DNA of 64,000 nt from a bacterium (GCA_965261595.1 CBDHDG010000006.1:96001-160000), one strand, 5' to 3'; counted from the stretch's first letter, positions 18,090 through 28,849 are shown. The notes: generated by a model from the letters alone, not told the origin. Program-made: numbers and translations.

Positions 18090-18953
18090 TCATCCCGCGA
18101 ACGAAATCAGGACGACCCCCGCGACGATCAAGCCGGCGCCGGAGAGCCGGTGTCCCGTCCGCTCCTCTTTCAACATCCAGGCCCCGGCCAATGTCCCGAA
18201 GAGCAGCCTCACCTCGCGGGCGGCCGCCACGTAGGCCACGGGGGCCAGCGTATAGGCGAACAGGATCATTCCATAAGCGGCCGGCATGAGGAGGCCCAGC
18301 AGGAACAGCCGGCCGGATTGGCGCCGCCACACCGTCCGGATGGGGGCGATTCCGTTCTTGAGCGCCAGGGGCGTGAAGAAGATCAGCGTGAAGAAGAAGA
18401 CGAGATACATGTAAACCACGGGGTCGAGGATTCCCACCCCCACCTTGTCCACGAGGGAAAACCCGGTGATCGTCAACCCCGTGATCAGGGCCCACCAGGC
18501 CCCCGGCGTCCGGGAGGGAAGAAGGCTCTGTTTCCAGGCGCCGGGCCGCATGTGAAGGACGAAGATCCCCACGAGCACCGTCACGAGACCGGCGACGCCC
18601 GGCGCCGAAAGCCGCTCTCCCAGGAGGGGGACGGACAGGACGCCCACGAGGAAGACGCTGCTCCCCCGGGACAGGGGGTAGACGAGGGAGAGGTCCCCCC
18701 CCTCGTAGGCCCGGCCCAGGGTCCAGAAGTAGCCGGCGTGAATCAGCCCGGAGAGCCCGGCCATCATCCATCCCCGCCCGGGCAGGTCGAGGGAGTATCC
18801 CAGGAGAAAAAACACGGGGAGATACGTGACGAAGAAGACGCCGTTGATGATCCACAAAAAGGCGATCTTGTCCTCGCTGGATTTCGCCAAATAGTTCCAC
18901 ACGACATGGAACGCGCCGGCGGCGATGACCAGGACCAGGGCGAGGGGGGTCAC
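18090..18953 (-). CDS. DMT/EamA family transporter, tandem paralogue
   Basis: AYEGGDLSLVYPLSRG; collinear with 17048-17911. Confidence 0.9.
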   Translation of the reverse strand: MTPLALVLVIAAGAFHVVWNYLAKSSEDKIAFLWIINGVFFVTYLPVFFLLGYSLDLPGRGWMMAGLSGLIHAGYFWTLGRAYEGGDLSLVYPLSRGSSVFLVGVLSVPLLGERLSAPGVAGLVTVLVGIFVLHMRPGAWKQSLLPSRTPGAWWALITGLTITGFSLVDKVGVGILDPVVYMYLVFFFTLIFFTPLALKNGIAPIRTVWRRQSGRLFLLGLLMPAAYGMILFAYTLAPVAYVAAAREVRLLFGTLAGAWMLKEERTGHRLSGAGLIVAGVVLISFAG

Positions 18954-19225
18954 GGGGTTTCCTCGGGGTTGCGCAACAGGACGGGGGGAGACGGGGGGAG
19001 ACGGGGCGGCCGCGGCCGGGCGAACGGCGAGATGATACACCCCCGCGGCGGGATTGCATACCGGAACCGGGATTGCGGGCCGGACCGCCTTCTCCTAATA
19101 TCGAATGGAAATCGGCAGCGTGGACGGTTCGGGATGACGCGCAGGCCGGCCGGAATTGGACAGACGGCGTCGGGGATTCCCTGGAAGATCGATCAACCGA
19201 CGATTGGACTTGAGGACTGAGATTC

Positions 19226-19930
19226 ATGCCGAATGAAAAGGTCGCCGTCGTCACGGGCGCGAACCGGGGAATCGGTTTCGAGATCTGCCGGCAGCTCGCC
19301 GCCAAAGGCGTAACCGTCGCCTTGACCGCCCGGAGCGCCAAGTCGGGACAGGCCGCCCGCGACCGCCTGCGCGGAGAGGGCCTCGACGTCCGGTTCCTCC
19401 GGCTGGACGTCACCGACGAGGGGAGCGTCCGCAATCTCGCCGGGGACGTCGAAAAGGAATTCGGTGGCGTGGACATCCTGATCAACAACGCGGGCCTCAA
19501 CCTCGATCGGGACCGGAGCGGCTTGAACGCCGACGTGGAAACCATCCGGAAAACGATGGAAACCAACGTCTACGGTCCGCTACGGATGTGTCAGGCGCTG
19601 ATTCCCCTGATGAAGAAGCGTGGCGCGGGCCGGATCATCAACGTCTCGAGCCAGATGGGGGCGACGAGCCACATCGGCGGGGGGTATCCGGGCTACCGGA
19701 TCTCCAAGGCCGCGCTGAACGCCCTGACCCTCATCCTCGCGGACGAGCTCCGCGAGACGAAGATCCTCGTGAACGCCATGACCCCCGGGTGGGTCAAGAC
19801 CGACATGGGCGGCCGCTCCGCGCCCCGCTCCGTCGAGGAAGGGGCGGACACCGCCGTCTGGCTGGCCCGCGGGCCTGACACCGGCCTCACCGGCAAGCTC
19901 TTCATGGACCGCAAGGTCATCTCGTGGTGA
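19226..19930 (+). CDS. SDR oxidoreductase (carbonyl reductase-like)
   Basis: VTGANRGIG, NNAG, YRISK, PGWVKTDMGG. Confidence 0.92.
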   Translation: MPNEKVAVVTGANRGIGFEICRQLAAKGVTVALTARSAKSGQAARDRLRGEGLDVRFLRLDVTDEGSVRNLAGDVEKEFGGVDILINNAGLNLDRDRSGLNADVETIRKTMETNVYGPLRMCQALIPLMKKRGAGRIINVSSQMGATSHIGGGYPGYRISKAALNALTLILADELRETKILVNAMTPGWVKTDMGGRSAPRSVEEGADTAVWLARGPDTGLTGKLFMDRKVISW

Positions 19931-19976
19931 TGGAAGACCGGAATCCAGCGGGGAGCCGCTGAGCGCGGGAGGCGTC

Positions 19977-21089
19977 ATGTTCAAATTCTGGCCCGAGAAC
20001 AACGACTGGTCCTGGCATCTGCTGAGGACGATCGCCGAAGCCAATTACGGCGGGGGGGAGGCCCAGGAATGCCTGCGGACGGCGGCGCGGATCCGGGTGG
20101 GCGACCCTGAAAGCTGGCACGTCGAGTGGAAGGCCCTGGCGGACCGGGTGGCGGGCCTGGGGGAGGAAGCCCTGGCCAAAGGCCGGACGGTCACCGGCCG
20201 GGACCACCTCCTGCGGGCGTGCAACTATTACCGCTGGGCGGAGTTCTTCCTCCCGGCGGACGACCCGAGGCGGCTCCCCACGTACCGGCGGTGCATCGAC
20301 GCCTTCCGGCAGGCCGGCCCGCATCTCGACCCCCCCGCCGAGCGGGTCGAGATCCCATATGAGGGCACGACCCTCCAGGGATACTTCTACGCCGCCAATG
20401 GCGCGTCCGGGGAAAATCCGTCGCCGGGGGCGATCTACGTGGCCGGGGCGGACGTCTTGAAGGAGGAGCTCTACTTCCTGGCGGGCAAATCGCTCATCGA
20501 GCGGGGGTTCTCCCTCCTCGTCATGGACGGACCGGGGCAGGGGGAGACCCTCCGGTTCCAGAAGATCGTCAGCCGGCCCGATTACGAGGTCCCCGTGGGC
20601 GCGGCGCTGGACTTCCTGGCCGCCCGGCCCGAAGTGGACGCGGACCGCCTGGGCCTCGTCGGCCGGAGCTTCGGCGGATATTACGCCACGCGCGCGGCGG
20701 CCTTTGAGAAGCGCGTCAAGGGGCTGGTGGTCTTCGGGGCGCTGTTCGCGGCGGTGGAGCTTTTTGACGACTACCCAACCATCCGCCCCCAGCTCCAGTG
20801 GCTGACGGGGAGCGCGTCGGCCGAGGAGACCCGGGAGCGGCTGAAAGAGTTCTCTCTCGCGCCGGTCATCGGCAAGGTGGGCTGTCCCGTTCTGGTCATC
20901 CACGGCGAGGGGGACCACCTGACCCCCGCCTCCCACGCCCGCCGGACGTTCGACGGCCTGACCGTCGAGGACAAGGAATTAATCCTGTACGGCAAGGACG
21001 AGCCGGGGTCCGTCCACTGCCAGTACAACAGCTTTCCGACGACGATTCCGTACTTCTGCGACTGGCTGCTGGAGCGAGTGAACGCATAG
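19977..21089 (+). CDS. Alpha/beta hydrolase (2,6-dihydroxypseudooxynicotine hydrolase/FrsA-like)
   Basis: RACNYYRWAEF, DGPGQGE, GRSFGGYYA nucleophile elbow, HGEGD, HCQ. Confidence 0.85.
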   Translation: MFKFWPENNDWSWHLLRTIAEANYGGGEAQECLRTAARIRVGDPESWHVEWKALADRVAGLGEEALAKGRTVTGRDHLLRACNYYRWAEFFLPADDPRRLPTYRRCIDAFRQAGPHLDPPAERVEIPYEGTTLQGYFYAANGASGENPSPGAIYVAGADVLKEELYFLAGKSLIERGFSLLVMDGPGQGETLRFQKIVSRPDYEVPVGAALDFLAARPEVDADRLGLVGRSFGGYYATRAAAFEKRVKGLVVFGALFAAVELFDDYPTIRPQLQWLTGSASAEETRERLKEFSLAPVIGKVGCPVLVIHGEGDHLTPASHARRTFDGLTVEDKELILYGKDEPGSVHCQYNSFPTTIPYFCDWLLERVNA

Positions 21090-21099
21090 GGCCGCTCAC

Positions 21100-21148
21100 A
21101 AAAAAAGAAGGGGGCGGCGTTGCGCCGTCCCCTCTTCTTTCTCTTTTT
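21100..21148. terminator. Bidirectional Rho-independent terminator
   Basis: A7-GAAGGGGGCGGCG-TTG-CGCCGTCCCCTCTTC-TTTCTCTTTTT, with U-rich tails on both strands. Confidence 0.85.
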
Positions 21149-21425
21149 GCGCCCCGTTTTTTTGCGCGGGGCCATCCGGGCTTAGGTCCGGATATGTGTG
21201 CCGCCCGGGTCCTTCCCCGCCAACTCAGCGGCGGCCCTTTGAGGGCGGGGTCCGAACGGAAGTCTCAACGGCGTGAATCCTATTCGGCCCTCACCTCCTT
21301 CCAATTCCGCGCATCACCTGAAACCGGACTTCCTCCGATTCCCCCCGGGGATCTCCCGGGACGTCCTACGCGTCCCCCAGGGCCTTCCCTGGCGCCTCAC
21401 TCTTGGTTTCTTTCCCTTTGCACTG
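21100..21425 (-). ncRNA. Candidate CsrB/Rsm-like GGA-repeat sRNA
   Basis: 18 GGA on the minus strand versus 5 on the plus strand in 21175-21429, several in hairpin loops; ends in a U7 terminator; no credible ORF. Confidence 0.5.
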
Positions 21426-21583
21426 ATCCAATATGAAATGAATCCCCGCCGAGAACGATGATCCGGATCATGAAAGCGCGGATCTTGTCGTGTCTTGGGT
21501 GGCGAAACTGAGACGCAAGCCTATGTTTTAAGATATGGCCGCGATCACCGGGGAAGGGGAGTAGGGGGAAGGAGGGGGGGGGG

Positions 21584-22861
21584 ATGGAAGCGCGCCAAAT
21601 CCTTCACGTCGATCTCGACTCCTTTTACGCCTCGGTCGAGCGCCGGGAAAACCCGGACCTCGCCGGGAAGCCCGTCATCGTCGGCGCGGACCCCAAGGGC
21701 GGAAAAGGCAGAGGCGTCATCGCCGCCTGCTCCTACGAGGCCCGCGCATTCGGCCTGCACTCGGCCATGCCCATCGGCCGGGCCTTCCGGCTGTGTCCCC
21801 ACGGGGTCTACCTCCCCGTCCGGATGGGTTACTACGCCGAGGTCTCGCGGGAGATCCGGAAGGTCTTCGCCGAGTACACCGAGCTCGTCGAGCCCATCAG
21901 CATCGACGAGGCCTTCCTGGACGTGACGGCCAGCCGGAGCCTGTTCGGCGACGCCCGGAAAATCGCCGTGACGATCAAAGACCGCGTCCGGGAAGGCCAG
22001 TCCCTCACCGCCTCGGTGGGGATCGCGACGAACAAGTTCATCGCCAAAATCGCCTCGGACCTGGACAAGCCCGACGGACTGGTCGAGGTCTCGCCGGGCG
22101 AGGAGCTGGACTTCCTCGCCCCCCTGCCCATCTCCAAGCTCTGGGGCGTCGGCCGGAAAACGGAGCCCAAGCTCCGCGCCCTGGGCGTCCAGACCATCGG
22201 CGAGCTGCGAAACCTTCCCCTCGATACGCTGAAGGCGGGGTTCGGCGCCGTCGGCGAGCACCTCCACGACCTGGCCCACGGCCGCGACGCCCGGGAGGTC
22301 ATCCCCGAGTCCGCGCCGAAGTCGGTCGGGAACGAGACCACGTATTCCGAGGACGTCTCGGACCCAGAGGTCCTGCGCAAGACCCTCCTCGCCCTGTCGG
22401 AGGAGGTGGCCTCCCGCCTGCGGGCCGACAGCTTCCGCGGACGGACGGTCACGCTCAAGTTCCGGTACGAGGACTTCTCGACGCACACCCGCTCGCACAC
22501 GCTGGCCGAGGCGACCGACCTGGACGCGGAGGTCTACGAGACGGCGGCGGCGCTGCTCGATGATTTCCTGCCGCTCAAGGGCCGGGAGGTGCGGCTGTTG
22601 GGCGTCTCGGTGTCGAACCTGGGGAGCGTCTCCGCCGCTTCCGCCCAGCTCTCGCTCTTCAGCCGGGCTTCGGGCGCGAAGACCCCAAGCCCCTCGCCCG
22701 AGGCGAGACGGCGGGCCGCCGAGGCCGTGGACCAACTGCGCGGAAAATTCGGCATGAAGGCCGTCACGCTCGGGACGCTCGCGGAGGGGGGGAGGAAACC
22801 CAGCGAAGATGAGGGCGCGGACGGCCCGGATGAGACCCCTGAGCGGGACGAGCGTGGCTGA
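21584..22861 (+). CDS. dinB: DNA polymerase IV
   Basis: HVDLDSFYASVE, CSYEARAFG, SIDEAFLD, AKIASDLDKPDG. Confidence 0.95.
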   Translation: MEARQILHVDLDSFYASVERRENPDLAGKPVIVGADPKGGKGRGVIAACSYEARAFGLHSAMPIGRAFRLCPHGVYLPVRMGYYAEVSREIRKVFAEYTELVEPISIDEAFLDVTASRSLFGDARKIAVTIKDRVREGQSLTASVGIATNKFIAKIASDLDKPDGLVEVSPGEELDFLAPLPISKLWGVGRKTEPKLRALGVQTIGELRNLPLDTLKAGFGAVGEHLHDLAHGRDAREVIPESAPKSVGNETTYSEDVSDPEVLRKTLLALSEEVASRLRADSFRGRTVTLKFRYEDFSTHTRSHTLAEATDLDAEVYETAAALLDDFLPLKGREVRLLGVSVSNLGSVSAASAQLSLFSRASGAKTPSPSPEARRRAAEAVDQLRGKFGMKAVTLGTLAEGGRKPSEDEGADGPDETPERDERG

Positions 22862-22877
22862 GCGGGAGAATCGCGTT

Positions 22878-23423
22878 TCAGCGGCCCCGGTTCGGGCGCT
22901 TCGCGGATTTCCGGGAGTCCGTATTCTTTCCGCCCAACGCCCGCTCGCTGGCCGATTCTCCCCGGACAACGGCCTTCTTCCCGGCTGCGGTCTCGGCCTT
23001 CCACCGGGTCCGGTGGCGGAGGTGTTTCTCCTCGTCCCAGACGTGCCCCGTCCCCCCGCCGATGAAGACGGCGAAGACCTCGCAGCCGTCCGGGTATTCG
23101 TACGGCCCGTGGGGCCGGTCCCAGCCGAAAACGTAGTCCCCCGGGCGCAGGTCCTTTCCGGCCACGCACATCCGCCCCTTTGTGACGAGGATCGAGTGCC
23201 AGCTTTTGTGGACGTGCTCCGGCTCGACGTAACCCTTGGGGAACCTGACCTTCATGTCGGTCCGCCGGGTGACGGGGTCGTGCGTGAAGACCTTCACCTT
23301 CATCCCCGGGGGCAGCGTCAGGAGGGCGTTCGCCGCCCCATCCTCCCACTTCACGTCCCGGTCATGAATGGCGTGAAAGGCATGATCGGCCTTCTTCGGT
23401 TTTGCTGGTTTCTTGGGCGGCAT
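22878..23423 (-). CDS. Cupin-domain protein (ChrR-like)
   Basis: RFPKGYVEPEHVH...LRPGDYVF...PHGP...GCEVF. Confidence 0.7.
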   Translation of the reverse strand: MPPKKPAKPKKADHAFHAIHDRDVKWEDGAANALLTLPPGMKVKVFTHDPVTRRTDMKVRFPKGYVEPEHVHKSWHSILVTKGRMCVAGKDLRPGDYVFGWDRPHGPYEYPDGCEVFAVFIGGGTGHVWDEEKHLRHRTRWKAETAAGKKAVVRGESASERALGGKNTDSRKSAKRPNRGR

Positions 23424-23467
23424 GGCCGTCTCCTCATGGGCTCAGACGGATGGCGGTCCGGCCGCGG

Positions 23468-24247
23468 TCAATCCCATTTCCGGCCCGGCATGTGGTCGAA
23501 GATGCTCTTCGTCAGCCCGCCGTCGATGTCGAGCCGGGTCGCGGTGATGTAATCGGCCTCGTCCGAGAGCAGGAAGAGGATGCCGTGGGCGATGTCCTCC
23601 GGCTGGCCGACCCGCCCCCAGGGAGTGACGGCCTCGCGGCCCTTGCGGATCTCCGGGTCCTGAAGATAGGACGTCAACGGGGTTTCCGTGTGGCCGGGGC
23701 AGATGACGTTGACACGGATTTTCTTCCGCGCCCACTCCAGGGCGAAGTGCTGGGAGAGCATGATGATCCCCGCCTTCACCGTGCTGTAGGCCCCGGACAT
23801 GCCGTATGGCATGATCCCGGCGTTGGAGGAGAGGTTCACCATCGCGCCCGGACGCCCCTGGGCGATCATCCACCGGCCCGCCGCCTGGCACATGAGGAAC
23901 ATCCCCGTCAGGCCGATGTCCACGACGAGCTTCCAGCTCTCCAGCGAGAGGTCCGCCAGGGGGGCCGGGTCCATTTTGATGGCGCAGTTGACGAGACAGT
24001 CGAGCCCGCCGAACTCCGACGCCGCCCGGTCCACCGCCACCCGGCACGCCTCGGGACTCCTCACGTCCAGGTCCTGAAAGACGGCCTTCCCGGCCCCGAT
24101 CTTCAGGGCGAGCTCTTCCCCAAGGTCCCGATTGACGTCCCCGATGACGACGCGGCCGCCCTCCTCCGCAAACCGCTCGGCGGTCTTCGCGCCGATTCCG
24201 CGCGCGCCTCCGGCGATGAGGCACACCTTCCTTTCAAACCGGCTCAT
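23468..24247 (-). CDS. SDR oxidoreductase
   Basis: GGARGIG, YSTVK, IRVNVICPG, IDGG. Confidence 0.9.
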   Translation of the reverse strand: MSRFERKVCLIAGGARGIGAKTAERFAEEGGRVVIGDVNRDLGEELALKIGAGKAVFQDLDVRSPEACRVAVDRAASEFGGLDCLVNCAIKMDPAPLADLSLESWKLVVDIGLTGMFLMCQAAGRWMIAQGRPGAMVNLSSNAGIMPYGMSGAYSTVKAGIIMLSQHFALEWARKKIRVNVICPGHTETPLTSYLQDPEIRKGREAVTPWGRVGQPEDIAHGILFLLSDEADYITATRLDIDGGLTKSIFDHMPGRKWD

Positions 24248-24599
24248 GCCCTTTTCCCCCTTTCGCACCGCCCGATGGATCATCAATCGATTTCCCGCCC
24301 CAATTCCGGCCGGGGGTGTGGATCATCTTGCTCTCCACCTGTCCGCCGTCCACAGGCAGGTTCGCGGCGGTGACGTAGCCGGCCCGGTCGGAGAGGAGAA
24401 AGACGCAGGCCTCGGCGATCTCCCCGGGCGTCCCCACCCGGCCCATCGGGACTACCGCCGCGCGGCCCGCCGCGATCTCGGGATCGGCGAACATGGCTTC
24501 GGTCATGGGCGTGCGGACCTGGCCCGGCGAGACGGTGTTGGCGCGCCCGATGCCGCCGCCCCCTCCGGTAACGATGATCTTTTTCCCCTCGAGCATCAT
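24234..24599 (-). pseudogene. SDR remnant with a large in-frame internal deletion
   Basis: IIVTGGGGGIGR is joined directly to ANTVSPGQVRT; the NAG and YxxxK core is missing. Confidence 0.85.
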
Positions 24600-25027
24600 G
24601 ATATCGGTCCTTCCCTGAAACCATCCGCCCCGTCCATCAGGACACCAACCTGAATCTCTCACCAGCAGGGGATTCGGGCCTTCCTCTCATCATACCCATT
24701 CCCATGGCTGAACCACTCGACAAAAGCGGCAAGGATCCGGATTGGACAAGTAAACTCAAGTCTTTGTAAGTTTTTCTTTCTTAATATTTAATGAATTGGA
24801 GGGCCAACCCGCCTAAGTTGTTCAAATGCGCCTGAAATCAAGCGGTTCAGAAAGGAGCGGGTGAGTGCGGTTCGCAAGGGTGACGCGTCGCCGGGTTTTG
24901 TTTTCCATGGCCGGTATGGCTCCGGGGGTGTGGTCTTTGCGGCAGCGCGGCATGTCGGGTTTCCCTCGGCGCCGCACCCCGCTTCAGGCCCCTTGGAATC
25001 GGACTTCTCCCTCCTCCGGCTGGTCCA

Positions 25028-25733
25028 ACCTGAATGACGTCATCGCCGATATCGTCGAAATGACCCACCCCCGATGGAAGGACGAGGCCGAGAAGAACGG
25101 CGTCCGGGAGGAAACGATCGTCCGGCCGCGGGCGGAGCGGGAGCGGGCCTTCGAGCCCTTCTTCACCACCAAGGGCGGGGAGGCGGGCTGGGGCTCAGCA
25201 TGGTCTACGCAATCGTGAAACGCTATGGGGGCGAGATTCTCCCCGACAGCACACCGGGCACCGGAACTTCCGTGCGACTCAGCTTCCGCGCCGCGGAGCG
25301 GCCGTCCGAAGATGAAGGCGTCCCGGAAGCGGAGACTTCGGTCTCCCGCCAAATTCTCCTCATTGATGACGAGACCGAGTTCGTCGACATCTTCAGCAGG
25401 ATCCTTCAGATTGAAGGGCACCACGTGGAATACGCCACCAACCCCCGTGAAGGACTGGCCAAGGTGGAGGCGGTAAGGTTCGACCTGGTGTCCACGGACC
25501 TGGGCATGCCGGAAATGACGGGCTGGGAGGTCGCCCAAAACGTGAAGAAGATCAATCCGCGCATCCAGGTGGTCCTGGTGACCGGATGGGGAGCGGATCT
25601 CGACGAGGACGAAACCACCCGGCGCGGCGTGGACTGGGTCTTGCGAAAGCCGGTCAGAAAAGACGATTTCCTGCGGGTCGTGGCGGAATGCGGAAAACGG
25701 CCCAATGGCGAGGGGAGCGGTCCAGGCCCCTGA
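25028..25733 (+). pseudogene. Hybrid histidine kinase-receiver remnant
   Basis: NLNDVI...PRWKD, then [10 protein letters not shown], a frameshift, GLGLSMVYAIV and an intact REC domain (ILLIDDE, TDLGMPEMTG, LRKPV). No H-box or N-terminus. Confidence 0.75.
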
Positions 25734-25889
25734 CGATCGGACGAACTCAGCGTGTTTCAACCCCTTGCCCACGAAAAGAGGGGCTGGGCGCAGGGTCGGT
25801 CCACCCCCCCACCGGCCCCCTGTGGGTGGTCAGCGGATGATCTGCGCGGCTGAGAACGCGGCCACGCGGAAATCTTTGTGAATCGGGGT

Positions 25890-28691
25890 CTAACTGCACC
25901 CGCTGGTCTCGCCGCAGTTGAGGCAGCGGTAGCAGGAGCCGCTCCGGACCATCGTGTTTCCGCACGAGTGACAGGGCGGCGCGTCCGACTGGGCCTGGAA
26001 AATCGCCTTTTCGGCCTCATTCAGAATGGCGGCCTGGTCTTTCGTCAGGTCCTCTTCCCGGGGGGAGGCCTCTAGGGCGGCGGACGCCTTCGGCGTTCCT
26101 TCCCCTTCGGCGCCGGCTTCTTCGGGGAACTTCATCCCCAGCCACTGGAAGATGTAATCCATCAAGCTCTTCGCGTACCGGATTTCCGGGTTGGTCGTGT
26201 AGCCGGAAGGCTCGAACCGGGTGTGGCTGAACTTGTCCACCAGGACATTCATCGGGACGCCGTATTGGAGCGCGATGGAGGTGAGCGTGGCGATGGTGTC
26301 CATCAGGCCCGAGATGACGGAGCCCTCTTTGGCCATGGTGATGAAGAGCTCACCGGGCTGTCCGTCCGCGTACATCCCCGCATGGATATAGCCCTCATGG
26401 CCGCCGACGCTGAATTTGTGGGTGTGGGACATCCGCTCGTCGGGCAGGCGGCGGCGCACCGGGTCGCGTGTTTCCAGGGTTTTGGCCGCCGCTTGCGGGC
26501 CTTCCCCCTCCGCCCCTTTATCCCCATCGCGGGAGGTGTTCAACGGCTGGGTGCGCTTGCATCCGTCCCGGTAGATGGCGACGGCCTTGAGTCCAAGCTT
26601 CCAGGAGTCGATGTACGTCCGGGCGATCTCCTCCGCCGTGGCCTCGCTTGGCATGTTGACCGTCTTGCTGATGGCGCCGGAAATGAAGGGCTGAACGGCC
26701 GCCATCATCCGGACGTGACCCATGTAGTGAATGGTGCGGACGCCCTTGGCGGGCTTGAAGGCGCAGTCGAAGACGGGCAGATGCTCCTCTTTCAGATCGG
26801 GCGCGCCCTCGATGGTGTCGTTTTCGTCGATGTATTCCACGATCCGGTGGGTCTGCTCATCCGAGTAACCCAGCTTCCGCAGGGCCTCGGGCACCGTTTG
26901 GTTGACGATCGTGAACTGCCCGCCGCCCACCAGCTTCTTGTACTTGATGAGGGCGATGTCGGGCTCGATTCCCGTCGTGTCGCAATCCATCAGGAAGGCG
27001 ATGGTGCCCGTGGGGGCGATGACGGTGGCCTGCGCGTTGCGGTAGCCGTTCAGCTCGCCCAGGTTGACCGCCTCGCTCCACACCCTGTGGGCGGCCGCCG
27101 AGAGATCGGCCGGCAGGTAATCGTGCTCTATATCTTCCACGGCGGCCTGGTGCTTGCGCATCACGCGGAGCATGGCCTTTTCGTTTTGGGAATACCCGGC
27201 GAACGGCCCCTTGTGGCCGGCCGTCTCGGCCGACATCCGGTAGGCCTCGCCCGTCATGACGGCGGCCAGGGCGCCGCCCCAGGCCCGGCCCGCCGGGCTG
27301 TCGTAAGCGATGCCCTGGGCCATCAGGAGCGCGCCCAGGTTGGCGTAGCCCAGCCCCAGGGGGCGGTAGTCGTGGCTGTTTTGGCCGATGCCGGGCGCCG
27401 GATAGCTGGCCCGGTCCACAATGATCTCCTGGGCCGTGATCAGGACCCGGACGGCGTGAAGGTACGCCTCGACGTCGAAGCCTCCCTCCGCGTTGCGGAA
27501 CCGCATCAGGTTGAGGGACGCCAGGTTACAGGCCGAATCGTCGAGGAACATGTACTCGCTGCACGGGTTGCTGGCGTAAATGCGGTCCGTCTCGGGGCAG
27601 GTGTGCCAGTCGTTGATCGTCGAGTCGTACTGGAGCCCCGGATCGCCGCAGATCCAAGCCGCGTCGGAAATCCGGTCCATCAGGTCGCGGGCCCGGTAGG
27701 TCGCGACCACCTTGTTCGGATCGGTGACGGCGTGGATCCGCCATTCGCCGTCTTCCAGGACCGCCCGCATGAACTCATCGGTGACCCGGACGCTGTTGTT
27801 GCTGTTCTGGAAGAAGATGGAGTTGTAGGCTTCGCCGTTGAAGGAGCCGTCGTAGCCGGAGTCGATCAACGCCCAGGCCTTTTTCTCTTCTTTGGCTTTG
27901 CAGTCGATGAACTCGCCGATGTCGGGGTGGCCGATGTCGAGGATGACCATCTTGGCGGCGCGGCGCGTCTTGCCGCCGGACTTGATGACGCCCGCGAAGG
28001 CGTCATAGCCCTTCATGAAGGAGACGGGTCCGGAGGCCTCGCCGCCGTTGGAGAGGGGCTCCTTGGAAGAGCGGATGCGCGAAAGGTTCGTCCCCGTCCC
28101 CGAGCCGTGCTTGAAGAGCATGCCCTCGGTGTGGGCCAGCTTGAGAATGGCGTCCATGCTGTCATCCACCGAGTTGATGAAGCAGGCCGAGCACTGGGGT
28201 TTGTCCTCGATGCCGACGTTGAACCAAACCGGACTGTTGAAGGCGGCCATCTGGTTGACGAGGATGTGCGTCAACTCGGCCTCGAACGTTTCGGCGTCTT
28301 CCGGCGCGGCGAAATATCCGTCTTTCCCGCCCCAGCCCGCGATGGTCCGCGCCACCCGGTCGATCATCTGCCGGACGCTTTTCTCCCGCTCATCGGGATT
28401 CGCCGATTTCTTGAAATACTTCGAGACCACTACGTTGAGGGCCAGCTCCGACCAGGCGTTGGGGACCTCGATATCCTCCTGCTTGAAGATTTCGGCGCCC
28501 TTCTCGTCGTAAATGACCGCGGACCGGTGTCCCCAACCCCCCTCGATGGCGTCATAGGGATGGATGGAGGGGTCGGTGAAAAAGCGAGAGAACTTCAATC
28601 CCGTCCCCTTCCCCGCCTTGGAGACGCGCGCGCGCCCCCCCTTCAACTTCCCCTCTGTCCGATTGGCCATTGCCCTTTCCCCGTCCGCCAT
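25890..28691 (-). CDS. nrdJ: Class II (adenosylcobalamin-dependent) ribonucleotide reductase
   Basis: FNSPVWFN, QCSACFI, GGKTRRAAKM, SNPCSEY, IAPTGTI; C-terminal TSCPD-like region and CxxC...CxxCG. Confidence 0.96.
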   Translation of the reverse strand: MADGERAMANRTEGKLKGGRARVSKAGKGTGLKFSRFFTDPSIHPYDAIEGGWGHRSAVIYDEKGAEIFKQEDIEVPNAWSELALNVVVSKYFKKSANPDEREKSVRQMIDRVARTIAGWGGKDGYFAAPEDAETFEAELTHILVNQMAAFNSPVWFNVGIEDKPQCSACFINSVDDSMDAILKLAHTEGMLFKHGSGTGTNLSRIRSSKEPLSNGGEASGPVSFMKGYDAFAGVIKSGGKTRRAAKMVILDIGHPDIGEFIDCKAKEEKKAWALIDSGYDGSFNGEAYNSIFFQNSNNSVRVTDEFMRAVLEDGEWRIHAVTDPNKVVATYRARDLMDRISDAAWICGDPGLQYDSTINDWHTCPETDRIYASNPCSEYMFLDDSACNLASLNLMRFRNAEGGFDVEAYLHAVRVLITAQEIIVDRASYPAPGIGQNSHDYRPLGLGYANLGALLMAQGIAYDSPAGRAWGGALAAVMTGEAYRMSAETAGHKGPFAGYSQNEKAMLRVMRKHQAAVEDIEHDYLPADLSAAAHRVWSEAVNLGELNGYRNAQATVIAPTGTIAFLMDCDTTGIEPDIALIKYKKLVGGGQFTIVNQTVPEALRKLGYSDEQTHRIVEYIDENDTIEGAPDLKEEHLPVFDCAFKPAKGVRTIHYMGHVRMMAAVQPFISGAISKTVNMPSEATAEEIARTYIDSWKLGLKAVAIYRDGCKRTQPLNTSRDGDKGAEGEGPQAAAKTLETRDPVRRRLPDERMSHTHKFSVGGHEGYIHAGMYADGQPGELFITMAKEGSVISGLMDTIATLTSIALQYGVPMNVLVDKFSHTRFEPSGYTTNPEIRYAKSLMDYIFQWLGMKFPEEAGAEGEGTPKASAALEASPREEDLTKDQAAILNEAEKAIFQAQSDAPPCHSCGNTMVRSGSCYRCLNCGETSGCS

Positions 28692-28849
28692 AAAACCTTG
28701 CTCCTTTCGCTTCTTCCCTGAATTCAACCTTTTACAGATACGAGCCACGGAAGCGGGATGGCCGAAAATCTCCGGAGTGAACAGCCAATCTTTCGCCCCT
28801 ATATCGTAATCCGTAAACTAACTTAACTCCACATGGGACCATGCCGCAA

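Noticed and set aside
21290..21340. GAGGAAGTCC as RNase P RNA, or AAGGAGGTGA as the RBS of a small toxin
   Set aside because: It does not match GAGGAAAGUCC, no 3' P4 partner was found, and no start codon with a credible hydrophobic ORF follows at proper spacing; both are better read as part of the GGA array.
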